Positions 18,959 to 28,418 of a stretch of 38,965 nt of DNA are shown piece after piece. The DNA is from Stramenopiles sp. TOSAG23-3 (lineage: Eukaryota): positions 1 to 38,965 of the forward strand of contig LT642186.1 of assembly GCA_900128585.1 (NCBI GenBank), in the 5' to 3' direction. The position numbers and the translations under genes are program-made. Position 1 is the first letter of the stretch. Each line of letters starts with the position of its first letter. The notes below the pieces were generated by a model, which saw only the letters and a program-made list of their open reading frames with translations, was not told the origin of the DNA and did not search any database.

Positions 18959-21652
18959 TCAGTAACCGCCCATCCCCGCATCGAAAATTACACCCATGGG
19001 CATCCAAATATTTTTACACTCTGTTGAGTTGTATAAGAATTCGACGCCTTGGCCCTGTTCGTCGACCATCCAGTCTCGTTTGCAACCGTAATTTACCCAA
19101 GAGCGCTTCATGTTGCCTGCTGAAGCATGTTCAACGAAGCGACTGCCCTCTGCGTCACCGAAATACCACATGGCTTCAATGTTTTGGTGCTCAACTAAGT
19201 ATTTTGTCAGGTGGTTGCGGTTGCCAGTAATTATGTTTACAACCCCAGCAGGGACATCCGAAGTTTCAAATACCTGGTACAGATCCGTTGCACTCAATGG
19301 GTAGGCTTCGCTTGGAACAATGATAATTGTGTTGCCGCGTACTACAGCTGGCGCAAACAACGATACAAAACCGAGCAACGGGTACTCGTCCGGGCATGCG
19401 ATGCCAATGGTGCCTACAGGTTCGTTGATCTTCACTGTTGCGCCGTAAAAGGATGTCTCCTGGACTTCCCCGCCGTACTTGTCGGCGTACGCCGCCCAGT
19501 AGAACAATCGGTTGATAGAGGCTGAGACTTCCGCGTTTGCTGACTCGATAGTTCTGCCGGTCTGGGCTGCAATTCGCCCTGCAATTTCATCGAAGCGCAG
19601 CTCCAAATTTTCTGCAATGTAATAGACGATCTGGGCGCGATTATGGGCCGCACGTTTACCCCATCCTGGAGCCGCTTTGTACGCGCACTCTACAGCGTTG
19701 CGAATGTCTTTTCTGTTTCCTTCCGACACTTGCCCAAGCAATGTCCCCGAACCTTCCGCAAGGACTGGGCGGCAGTAAGTTGCGTCCGGCCGCTTTTGTT
19801 TGCCCCCATAGAACATTTTCAACGTTCTGTCAATGGGAGGCATGTGAGTGACAGCTGTGTTGGTCGTCCCGCCTGGAGTCCCCGGCGCTGGGCCGGGAAG
19901 CATCGTTGGTAAAGTTGGTGCTACGGGTGTCATTGTGCCGAATCCTTTTACCCCTGGGTCGTTCTCGGGGTACTCGGGCCTCGCACGCTCCATCCATGCT
20001 GGTTTGACGTACTCGTACAGCCCTTCGCGGCCACCGTCGCGGCCAAAGCCAGATTCGCGGAAACCTCCAAAGCCAGATGCAGCGTCGAACATGTTGTGTC
20101 CATTGATCCAAACAGTTCCAGCTTTGATCCCCAGGGCAACTTCCATGGCCAAGGTCATTTTTTCTGTCCACACGGATGCCCCCAATCCATACCGGGTATT
20201 GTTTGCCAATGCAATGGCTTCTTTTGGCGTCCGAAACGTTTGAACGGCCAACACGGGGCCAAACACTTCCTCCTGTACGATCGTAGACGTCGATTCAACG
20301 TTCAGGACCAACGTTGGGGGGAAGAAAAGCTCGCCCTCTGGGAGGTTGGGGGGGTTTGCGGCGCCATTGCAGGCTTGATAAACTTCGGCCCCTTCGTCCC
20401 GGGCCGTTTGCACATGGTGGGACACATCTTTCCAGTGGGACAACTGGACCAGGGGGCCCATGTCGATGCATTTGTCCAGACTGTGGCCTAATCGCAAAGT
20501 CTTCATTCTTGCCTTTAATTTGCCGACAAGCTTCTTGTAGATGGGCTCCTGGACTAGCAGCCGGGATCCGGCGCTACAGACCTGCCCTTGGTTGAACCAA
20601 ACGGCATTGACAACCCCCTCTACCACAGAGTCTAAATCCGCTGATTCGAACACGCACACCGGCGATTTTCCACCTAGTTCCAGTGAAATTTTCTTTCCAG
20701 TCCCGGCCAAATTGCGGCGGAGTAGCGCGCCGATGCCAGTGCTGCCAGTGAAGGCGACTTTGTCTACGTCGGGATGCTCTGCAAGGCTCGACCCCATTCG
20801 GCCACCGCCTGTGACAACGTTAAATACCCCGGGGGGAAGGCCTGCTTCGGCGCATATTTCGGCGAACAGAAGGGCGGACAGGCGCGTGGGGGTCGCCGGC
20901 TTGAGTACAACGGTGTTGCCCATTGCCAGCGCGGGCGCTACTTTCCATGTGGTGAGCATCAACGGGAAATTCCACGGGACAATCCCACCAATGACACCCA
21001 CAGGTTTCCAGCCCTGCATTTCTTTCGGGGCGAGTTGGGCCCAGCCGGCGTAGTGGTACAACCAACGCGCTACGATAGGCACGTCTGCATCGCGGGTTTC
21101 GCGCACGGTTTTGCCGTTGTCGAGCGCTTCTACGACAGCAATCAGGCGCGCATGCTTTTGCACGTGCCTCGCCAGCGAGTACATATGCCTTGCCCGTGCG
21201 TGCGGTGGCAACGCCGCCCACTTGACCTGGGCTCGTTTGGCGGCCTGGACCGCTACGTCTACGTCTTCGGCCGTTCCTTCCGTGGTGCTGGAGAGGACTT
21301 CCCCCGTAGCGGGCGCCGTAGTCTGGTAGTGGCGGCGTTCGCCGGCGGGCTTGTACCACTCGTTGTTGATAAAGTGGCCAAAGTCACGCCCGTGGCTGTC
21401 AAGCCAAGCGTTTGCAGCTGCTGGGGACTCTGGGGCTGGACCATACTCCAACGTCGAGAAGACGCGGGCAACGGTGCTTGTGGACTGCTTTCCATCGCTT
21501 CCCATAAGTGCGTACTTTGGCTTGTGCGCGCCATTGGACGCGGGGGGTTCGGCAGCGGGTGCGGCCTGCTGCTTCTGCTTCGCCGCAGCCGCCGTTTTTT
21601 GACGCTTCTCACCAGCGGTATTTGAGTTGCTTTTCTTGTTTTTCTTTGCCAT
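18959..21652 (-). CDS. ALDH16-type aldehyde dehydrogenase (full ALDH domain plus second truncated Rossmann-like ALDH domain)
   Basis: EYGPAPES N-terminal motif, PWNFP, FTGSTGIG, ELGGKSP (catalytic Glu), NQGQVCSAG (catalytic Cys), EEVFGP. Second domain 'DRTLKMFYGGKQKRPD...YWAAYADKYGG...PAGVVNIITG' lacks a catalytic subdomain. Confidence 0.93.
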   Translation of the reverse strand: MAKKNKKSNSNTAGEKRQKTAAAAKQKQQAAPAAEPPASNGAHKPKYALMGSDGKQSTSTVARVFSTLEYGPAPESPAAANAWLDSHGRDFGHFINNEWYKPAGERRHYQTTAPATGEVLSSTTEGTAEDVDVAVQAAKRAQVKWAALPPHARARHMYSLARHVQKHARLIAVVEALDNGKTVRETRDADVPIVARWLYHYAGWAQLAPKEMQGWKPVGVIGGIVPWNFPLMLTTWKVAPALAMGNTVVLKPATPTRLSALLFAEICAEAGLPPGVFNVVTGGGRMGSSLAEHPDVDKVAFTGSTGIGALLRRNLAGTGKKISLELGGKSPVCVFESADLDSVVEGVVNAVWFNQGQVCSAGSRLLVQEPIYKKLVGKLKARMKTLRLGHSLDKCIDMGPLVQLSHWKDVSHHVQTARDEGAEVYQACNGAANPPNLPEGELFFPPTLVLNVESTSTIVQEEVFGPVLAVQTFRTPKEAIALANNTRYGLGASVWTEKMTLAMEVALGIKAGTVWINGHNMFDAASGFGGFRESGFGRDGGREGLYEYVKPAWMERARPEYPENDPGVKGFGTMTPVAPTLPTMLPGPAPGTPGGTTNTAVTHMPPIDRTLKMFYGGKQKRPDATYCRPVLAEGSGTLLGQVSEGNRKDIRNAVECAYKAAPGWGKRAAHNRAQIVYYIAENLELRFDEIAGRIAAQTGRTIESANAEVSASINRLFYWAAYADKYGGEVQETSFYGATVKINEPVGTIGIACPDEYPLLGFVSLFAPAVVRGNTIIIVPSEAYPLSATDLYQVFETSDVPAGVVNIITGNRNHLTKYLVEHQNIEAMWYFGDAEGSRFVEHASAGNMKRSWVNYGCKRDWMVDEQGQGVEFLYNSTECKNIWMPMGVIFDAGMGGY

Positions 21653-22474
21653 TTCGTCTCGGTGTAGTGTTTCAGGTTGGTATCGGTTCTCAGCTAAAAC
21701 TAATGCTTGCTTGGTTCCTGCTTGACATAACGTTTTTTATTCTGTTGCCTTACTTTCGATCCTGTCACAATCGTATCTTGTTGTACTCACAAACATGCGT
21801 TGTTAACATCATTCATATAAACCATTATTCCCCTCGCTCAAGATACATTTATTAATTAGTTAGTGGTGGTGACCAAATCATCTTCTTTCTTCTTCCTCCC
21901 CCTTCAATAATAATCCTCCTCCTATTATATAAAATATCTATATTGGGATAAAGGGGGAATCCAAACGTAAGGTTTATTATTATTATATAATTTCCTTTTT
22001 TTGGAATCTTAGTATAATAATATGGAAGGTGAAAAAGTTTTATTATTAATATAATTGACCTACTGTTCCTTATTTATATGTTCTAGTTGAGTTGAGTTGA
22101 AGAGATTGATTGATGAGCCTGCCTTGATGACTTGATGACTTGAGCCTGCCTTGAGCCTCTCCTTGAGTTGAGCTTTTATTTAATTTAGATTTATATATTC
22201 TATAATAGAACTATATAACTTGGAACTTGGATGGATTGAAGAAGAATGAAGAAGTGGATGGTGTCACAGTTGGTAGGTTTAATTAAAAGAGAGACAATGT
22301 ACATTCTATTATTATTCAACAATTTATTAGTCTACATTTATTTATACCTTGTGGTACTTCGTTTTCTTGCCTTTTCCTTTCTTGCTTTTATTAGGGGCGG
22401 ATGATGTGGCTGGTGGTGATGGTAGTGGAGAAAGATATATTAAAATATATATATAGGAAGAGAGCATATCATTA

Positions 22475-22547
22475 TACCAAGGGTAGTTCAATATTAATTA
22501 ATAAATAATACGATGGAAAATAAATTGAGAATCCTTCTTGTTTCTCT
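22475..22547 (+). repeat. 73-bp exact dispersed repeat, copy 1
   Basis: taccaagggtagttcaatattaattaataaataatacgatggaaaataaattgagaatccttcttgtttctct is identical to 38893-38965. Confidence 0.95.
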
Positions 22548-22600
22548 CACTCAACTCAACACACAACAACAACAACAACAACAACACAACATCCATGGTT

Positions 22601-22644
22601 GGGCGGGCGCGGGAGGGGGGAGGGGGAGGGGAGGGGAGAGGGGG
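22601..22644 (+). promoter_or_regulatory. G-run tract with G-quadruplex potential upstream of DERA
   Basis: gggcgggcgcgggaggggggagggggaggggaggggagaggggg has more than 4 runs of G3+ with short loops, about 210 bp before the DERA ATG, in otherwise AT-rich DNA. Confidence 0.5.
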
Positions 22645-22852
22645 CTTTATAGCGATAGGCGACTACTTGGAATCTATACGATTACTACAATGTATACATA
22701 ACATAAACACATACGTACCTCTTCGATGATAATTTAAACAAGACGTTAACTACATTCATTGCTAAAACATTTGAAATTACATAAGTTTAGCGCACTGTTG
22801 CCAATTCAAGATACATTCAGATTTACGTACAAAAAGAGACTTCTCTATCACC

Positions 22853-23866
22853 ATGGCTGCTATGGCTTCCGACTCCCTCCATCACGTCCACCAACCACGG
22901 AACACACCCCGCCCACTAGACATGGCGTGGGTCAACTCGATCGATATCAACCTCCCTGCGTGCAACCTCCGGGCTGCAACACACATGAAGCGTCGGTCGG
23001 TCAAGAAAGAGTACCAAGCGGCGTGGTTGCTCCGGGCGGTAACCTGCATTGACTTGACTACACTTTCTGGATCGGACACGCCGTCCAACGTTTCGCGAAT
23101 GTGCTTCAAAGCTGTCAACCCTATCCGTAGCGACCTAGTGACCTCGTTGGGGGTAGACCCGTCGCTTGTGCGGACTGGCGCCGTTTGTGTGTACCCAGAA
23201 ATGGTGCCCGCTGCTGTTACGGCCCTCGAGAATGCCAAAGCAACAGACAAATTAGCAAGGGCTGTGCCCATTGCGTCTGTCGCGACAGGGTTCCCTGCTG
23301 GACAAACACCGCTGAAACAGCGCCTCGAAGAGATTTCCAAGGCTATTGAATATGGCGCCACGGAGATCGATATGGTTATTAAAAGAGAGTTCGTTCTTTC
23401 TGGGAGATGGCAAGACTTGTACGACGACGTGAAAGCATGCCGCGAAGCATGCGGCGAAAGGGCCCACTTAAAGACGATTTTAGCGGTTGGTGACTTAGGT
23501 ACGTTTACGAACATTGCCAAGGCAAGTGTCGTCGCAATGCTGGCCGGCTCCGATTTCATTAAAACGTCAACGGGGAAAGAAAGCGTGAACGCGACGTTCC
23601 CCATTGCCCTTGTGATGATTCGTATGATACGTGAGTACTATGAACGTTTCCAAGTTAAGGTTGGCTTCAAGCCTGCCGGCGGTATCCGAAGCGCGAAAGA
23701 TTGCCTGAGCTGGCTTTCTCTCATGAAGGATGAGCTGGGGGACGAATGGACCACCCCAGAGTTGTTCCGTTTAGGAGCAAGTAGTTTGCTTGGGGACATT
23801 GAGAGGCAATTGTATCATCACGTGCATGGGAAATATGCCGCTGGGCACCAATTTCCCATGGCATAG
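22853..23866 (+). CDS. DERA: Deoxyribose-phosphate aldolase (long, human-DERA-like type)
   Basis: 'SVKKEYQAAWLLRAVTCIDLTTL', AVCVYP, ATGFPAGQ, GATEIDMVI, FIKTSTGK (Schiff-base Lys), GFKPAGGI, RLGASSLL. Confidence 0.96.
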   Translation: MAAMASDSLHHVHQPRNTPRPLDMAWVNSIDINLPACNLRAATHMKRRSVKKEYQAAWLLRAVTCIDLTTLSGSDTPSNVSRMCFKAVNPIRSDLVTSLGVDPSLVRTGAVCVYPEMVPAAVTALENAKATDKLARAVPIASVATGFPAGQTPLKQRLEEISKAIEYGATEIDMVIKREFVLSGRWQDLYDDVKACREACGERAHLKTILAVGDLGTFTNIAKASVVAMLAGSDFIKTSTGKESVNATFPIALVMIRMIREYYERFQVKVGFKPAGGIRSAKDCLSWLSLMKDELGDEWTTPELFRLGASSLLGDIERQLYHHVHGKYAAGHQFPMA

Positions 23867-24184
23867 GGAATGGAAAAAAAAAGAATGGGAGAAACGGTAG
23901 GAGCTGGGGGAAAGGACGTGAATGGTTACCTAGACCCAGGACGGGCCAGTGCTTCGGTTGGTTTCGACGACTTTTACAAATACAAGCGGGACCACAGATT
24001 AACGTACTAAAGGGTCTGGGCGAGGGATCTTCATCCTTTACCAATTTACCTGCAAGAGTAGAACTCTTGAGTAAAAAAATAAAATTATATAATTATGCTT
24101 TAATAAATTATATATTTGCTTTAATAATAATGTTACTTCCGTACATCAATAATGCTTAATTGCTCCACCTCCGACAACTTATGC

Positions 24185-24338
24185 TTTACTTTCCTACAAG
24201 TTAGGATTAGGGTATGAGGAAGCTAAATTTATAATTACTTAAAAAATAACAGCCAATTTTTTCTTGTTTTTACTTTCCTTAGGATTAGGGTATGAGGAAG
24301 CTAAATTTAATTACTTATAAATAACAGCCAATTTTCTT
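24185..24338. repeat. Imperfect tandem duplication, two copies about 84 bp apart, between convergent DERA and TPR-IQ genes
   Basis: tttactttcc...ttaggattagggtatgaggaagctaaattt...aattactta...aataacagccaatttt occurs twice (starts near 24185 and 24269). Confidence 0.9.
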
Positions 24339-24341
24339 ACT

Positions 24342-27300
24342 TTACTTGCCCTGAACATGAATACACGACGCCAACTCTCGCCAAAGTTCGCCATCGAGAA
24401 CACTTATTCCTAGGGTAGTTTGCTCAATTTCGAGCACGGTGCCCTCCGCCAGTCTTATAGCGTCAACTATCTCCAGCGCAAAGGCGGCAATGCGATGCTC
24501 GTTCTCCTCAATTTCCACTGCGGTTTTCTTCCAATTGCTGGTTGAAACCCTGCGGTGATTGCCGATAAAACATTTGGGCAGGTCGACAGGGCCCAACGTC
24601 CCACGTTCCTCTCGCTTGCGTGCCAAGTCAGGAAACTTCCAATGTCTGCAATAAAGCCCTCGCCACCACGCCTGTATACTAGTGGCCTTTCCGGCAAGTT
24701 CAGCTTGCAATAGAGCAGACAATAGCTTTTCTCGCTCCTCCCGCTTTGCTGATACAATTTTCCAGTTTATCTTAGATCTCCAAAGACTTTGAACTACGAT
24801 TATGTTTCGCTTTGAAGCAATGAAGCGCTTGCGTGCGATCGATTGCCGTACATTTTTAGCGATTACTACCGCAGCATGTGTCCGTACGTAGAGAGAATAG
24901 AATACGTTTCGTCCCAAATGTCCACGAACCACGCGCTGGATATTCTTGGCAGACACTGTCTTTTTTTTTAATACAAAAAGTGTATTCCGTGCGAGCATAG
25001 AGCGTACGTGTTTTTGGACCACAACGGCGCTATCCTGTTCGTGCACCATGTCCCTGAACATTTGTCTCGCTCGCAATCCTCGGCATAGGGATTGTAACAG
25101 GACTATGGACGCCATTAGTTTCCTTCTACGCGCCTTTTCCAGTGCAAGCAGGTTTCTACGTTTCTGCGCCGATCGCCGGGCTATGTGGGAACGCCAATTC
25201 GATTGAATTTTTACCACTGCATCCCGATGCACGAGACCCATTTGCATGTCACGGTATCGTTTCATGGCGAGGAACATACGGATTTGCCTTTGAATATTTG
25301 TTGCAGCACCTAGGGCGATCTGGCCAGAACGTTTCCGAGCAAGTCTTCGTCCTTTTCTGCCGCGAAAAAGAGTCTGCATCTTCAACGCGACAAACAGCTT
25401 TTGGCGCTGCGTTCTCATTTTATTGCACAGTCTCACGGCCTTTTGTTTTCTAGAAAATGCCTGAAGTACTACTGCAGCCTTTAGTTCCTCTGCTTTTTTG
25501 GTCTGCAGGGAATGCATTAGCTTCCTAGCTGCGTGGCATCGAAATGTGTTTTGTATTTTAGTCGCCGATACGTTACGTTTCTTTCTTTTGCATCGTTGAA
25601 TGCCAAGTTTTTTTCGATGCCGTACTCTTGCACAGTAAACCCGGAACATACACTGGATCGTAAGGGCGGCCCGACTTTCGATGTTACGCCTGAACTCGCC
25701 GCGTAGCTTTTCCATGCACATTTTGCTGTTGTATGTCCGCCATTGATTTTGAATCACAATCGCGCTTTGGTCCCTAGCCTTCATGCGGGCCGTACGCAAG
25801 CATGCACACCGTTTGGTTGCAATATGCCGTCTTCCACACCCTTGTATTTTAATCGCGGCTGCATTCAACTCTTTTACGATGCATTTCTTTTTTATCGCTC
25901 GTATCATCCTGATGTAACATTGCAAGACAACAGCGGCGGCATTCTCTCTCTGAACTTTAAGCCTATGTTCACACTTCATGGCTGTGTACAGCCGTACAGC
26001 TCTGTACCGTCGAAACCCGGATTGGAGTCTTACGGCGGATATGTTTCTCTGCCGTTCTATTTCCTTTTGCAATGCTTCTTCTGCCTTTCTACTCTTTTCC
26101 TCTTTTTTCTGCAGGGCCCGCCCCTTCATTTTTTGCTTTCGCGCCTTCAGGATGCTCGACAGTTTAGTCGCCATTTTGCTGAAAAATGGTGCTGTTTTTC
26201 TGGTGGTCGGCTGGGTGGCATTGTGTTCCAGGTCCTTTGTTTTAGCGCCTTGAACGCTCTTCTCTGCTGTGCGTTTTCGTCGTTCTCGTGAACCCCTCAT
26301 GACTGCTTGTATTTTGATGGCACTAATAATCCTCTCCTGGCGACCCTTGTCAAAGGATTTTGGGGTGTCTTTCTCAATAACGATTTGTTCAGATTCAATA
26401 CGGAATTTACGAAATGCCGATTGAATCTTCGCTGCTGCATTTCCCGCTTGCAGCGGCAAACAGACTGGTCGCAGGTCAATTTCTTCCGATGCTTTATTTT
26501 TCTTTTCTTCACACGCTGCCGTTTCCGATTCAACTACCCTAGGGTTTTCTTTGAGGTTTGATATTGAGTAACTGTTCCCCCCGTTCAGGAAGCTCAAATA
26601 CGACGGTGCCTGCGGAGACTTTGTCGCCGTTGGCAATGTTGGTTCCGACGGCTCGCTTGCAACCTCGGGTTCTTTTGGTGACCCTTCGTCGCCTTTATCT
26701 CTATCTTTCATCAGTTGCGCTCTCAACTTCCGAGTCTGTGTTGTCGAAGCTGCAACACTGTCGCCCCATGGCTGGGCGAGAAGCTTACCTGTAAGGCCCG
26801 TCGCGCTCGTGCCTCCGTGTACAGTTTTTCGACGCACTGTTGGATCACTGACTTGTGCCATTATGTTTCTCGTTCCTTTCAAAGTGGCCGATTTTGGTCG
26901 CGTTTTCTTGTACTTTTCTAACGATGGTGGCCGGAATATCATACCTCCTTGAAGCAATGGTGGAGGGGCTACTTGCTGGCGCATTTTCATCGCATTTGCT
27001 CGGCTTTTCCCTTTGGCAGCTGTGTATTTTTTTTGCTTTACCGTTTGAACATGATTATTTCCACTAAACGCGTGTTTCTTCACAAACGGCTTGGCCGGGG
27101 GCTGTCTGCGCCGATGCATGGGTGCGCTTGTTGGTCGTGCTTTCCTTCCGCCACTTTTGCTGTCTCGGCGAGGTTTTGAGCGTCCTACTGCGCTCTGTGG
27201 CCTTCGCCGGGCTTTCTTGGTTGTGCGACCGCCCCTTTCCAATCGTTCGGTCCTCGTATTTACTGCTGGTTTCCGTTTATTTTGCTTGTTTGCGAGTAAG

Positions 27301-28418
27301 ACAAATGTCTTCGCTCGAGACGTACGCTTCTTTACAGGAAGCTTTACTGTTTCCACAGATAAACTCTCATCCCTTTCTCTATTACAAAATTCGTTCTGTG
27401 CTACTCCGTGTGCAGACTCAGATGAATTACTAGACGAAGAGTAAGGCGACGAAAACATAGTATCGTTGAAACCTTTTCCGCTATCCGATGCAGACGAAGA
27501 GGACGTATAAGGCGAGAAAGCCCCGACGCTGTTTTCGCCGAGAGAAAAAGTCGATGATGACGTCGATGACGATGCTGCCCGCACGCTCCTGCCTTTGAAC
27601 TCGCGTCTCTCTTCCCTTCGCTGCCGCCTTTGCCTAGCCGGGTCTACTCCTTTGGTTCCCATGCCTGGTTTTGTTCTAATTGGCAGAAAATCGTTCTTGT
27701 AGCTATCGCCGGAACGGTTGTGGTTGCAAATGTTTTCCTTCGCGTCTCTCTCCGCCAGTTTTTTCTCAATTGTTCCAAGCGCCGCGTTCGCATTCTTGTG
27801 TATCGCTTTCGTCAGCTTATGGTCTTCCCCTAAAGCGCCTAAACATGCGTGGCAAGCCGCCATGTAACTATTTAGTGCTGCCTTGTAATCATTCAAATAT
27901 TCTTGCTCGACCGCCAAGTTGTGATGCGCTAATGCAAGCACACTGCTGGTTTGTCCCGCGCCGTCGGTGGTGACTTTCGGACTTCGGCCTTCTTTCAAAA
28001 GTTTCAACGCGCACTTCGCGTGCTTTCGAGCTTCCCTGTGTCGCTTCAGCTTTGATAGCATGGCACATATGTTCAAGTGCGTGCCCGCTGGATTTGGGGG
28101 CGGGGGGGCTTCGGGGGGCATGCCTACTTCTATCCTTAGTGCTTTGGTAAAATACTCAAGGGCATTTTCAATTTCACTGTTTTGCTTCACGGCACAGCCC
28201 AGGTTGTTCAGCGTCGTTGCGTGCAAAAGCTTGCGCTTGTACTTGTCCTTAAATCTACTTTTATCCCTGATGCAAGCGTGCCGAGCCCTTCGCAACAGGT
28301 TCACTGCATCGTCGATCTTTCCTTTTCTTACAAGTTTGCACGCTTGCAAATTTAACTGCACAATGGCCTGCTCTTGCGGGTCCGTTAAGGTCGCGAAAGA
28401 CTCGGTCGGTGCGAACAT
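24342..28418 (-). CDS. TPR-repeat plus multi-IQ (calmodulin-binding) protein
   Basis: N-terminal TPRs (TTLNNLGC..., THLNICAMLSKL, AHHNLAVEQEYL), a disordered basic middle, and about 18 IQ-like motifs (e.g. AAAKIQSAFRKF, AVVKIQSNWRSH, ATSIQAWWRGL). Confidence 0.9.
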   Translation of the reverse strand: MFAPTESFATLTDPQEQAIVQLNLQACKLVRKGKIDDAVNLLRRARHACIRDKSRFKDKYKRKLLHATTLNNLGCAVKQNSEIENALEYFTKALRIEVGMPPEAPPPPNPAGTHLNICAMLSKLKRHREARKHAKCALKLLKEGRSPKVTTDGAGQTSSVLALAHHNLAVEQEYLNDYKAALNSYMAACHACLGALGEDHKLTKAIHKNANAALGTIEKKLAERDAKENICNHNRSGDSYKNDFLPIRTKPGMGTKGVDPARQRRQRREERREFKGRSVRAASSSTSSSTFSLGENSVGAFSPYTSSSSASDSGKGFNDTMFSSPYSSSSNSSESAHGVAQNEFCNRERDESLSVETVKLPVKKRTSRAKTFVLLANKQNKRKPAVNTRTERLERGGRTTKKARRRPQSAVGRSKPRRDSKSGGRKARPTSAPMHRRRQPPAKPFVKKHAFSGNNHVQTVKQKKYTAAKGKSRANAMKMRQQVAPPPLLQGGMIFRPPSLEKYKKTRPKSATLKGTRNIMAQVSDPTVRRKTVHGGTSATGLTGKLLAQPWGDSVAASTTQTRKLRAQLMKDRDKGDEGSPKEPEVASEPSEPTLPTATKSPQAPSYLSFLNGGNSYSISNLKENPRVVESETAACEEKKNKASEEIDLRPVCLPLQAGNAAAKIQSAFRKFRIESEQIVIEKDTPKSFDKGRQERIISAIKIQAVMRGSRERRKRTAEKSVQGAKTKDLEHNATQPTTRKTAPFFSKMATKLSSILKARKQKMKGRALQKKEEKSRKAEEALQKEIERQRNISAVRLQSGFRRYRAVRLYTAMKCEHRLKVQRENAAAVVLQCYIRMIRAIKKKCIVKELNAAAIKIQGCGRRHIATKRCACLRTARMKARDQSAIVIQNQWRTYNSKMCMEKLRGEFRRNIESRAALTIQCMFRVYCARVRHRKKLGIQRCKRKKRNVSATKIQNTFRCHAARKLMHSLQTKKAEELKAAVVLQAFSRKQKAVRLCNKMRTQRQKLFVALKMQTLFRGRKGRRLARKRSGQIALGAATNIQRQIRMFLAMKRYRDMQMGLVHRDAVVKIQSNWRSHIARRSAQKRRNLLALEKARRRKLMASIVLLQSLCRGLRARQMFRDMVHEQDSAVVVQKHVRSMLARNTLFVLKKKTVSAKNIQRVVRGHLGRNVFYSLYVRTHAAVVIAKNVRQSIARKRFIASKRNIIVVQSLWRSKINWKIVSAKREEREKLLSALLQAELAGKATSIQAWWRGLYCRHWKFPDLARKREERGTLGPVDLPKCFIGNHRRVSTSNWKKTAVEIEENEHRIAAFALEIVDAIRLAEGTVLEIEQTTLGISVLDGELWRELASCIHVQGK

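Noticed and set aside
24201-24290. TTAGGATTAGGG telomere-like hexamers
   Set aside because: Only two units per copy inside a local duplication; not a telomeric array.
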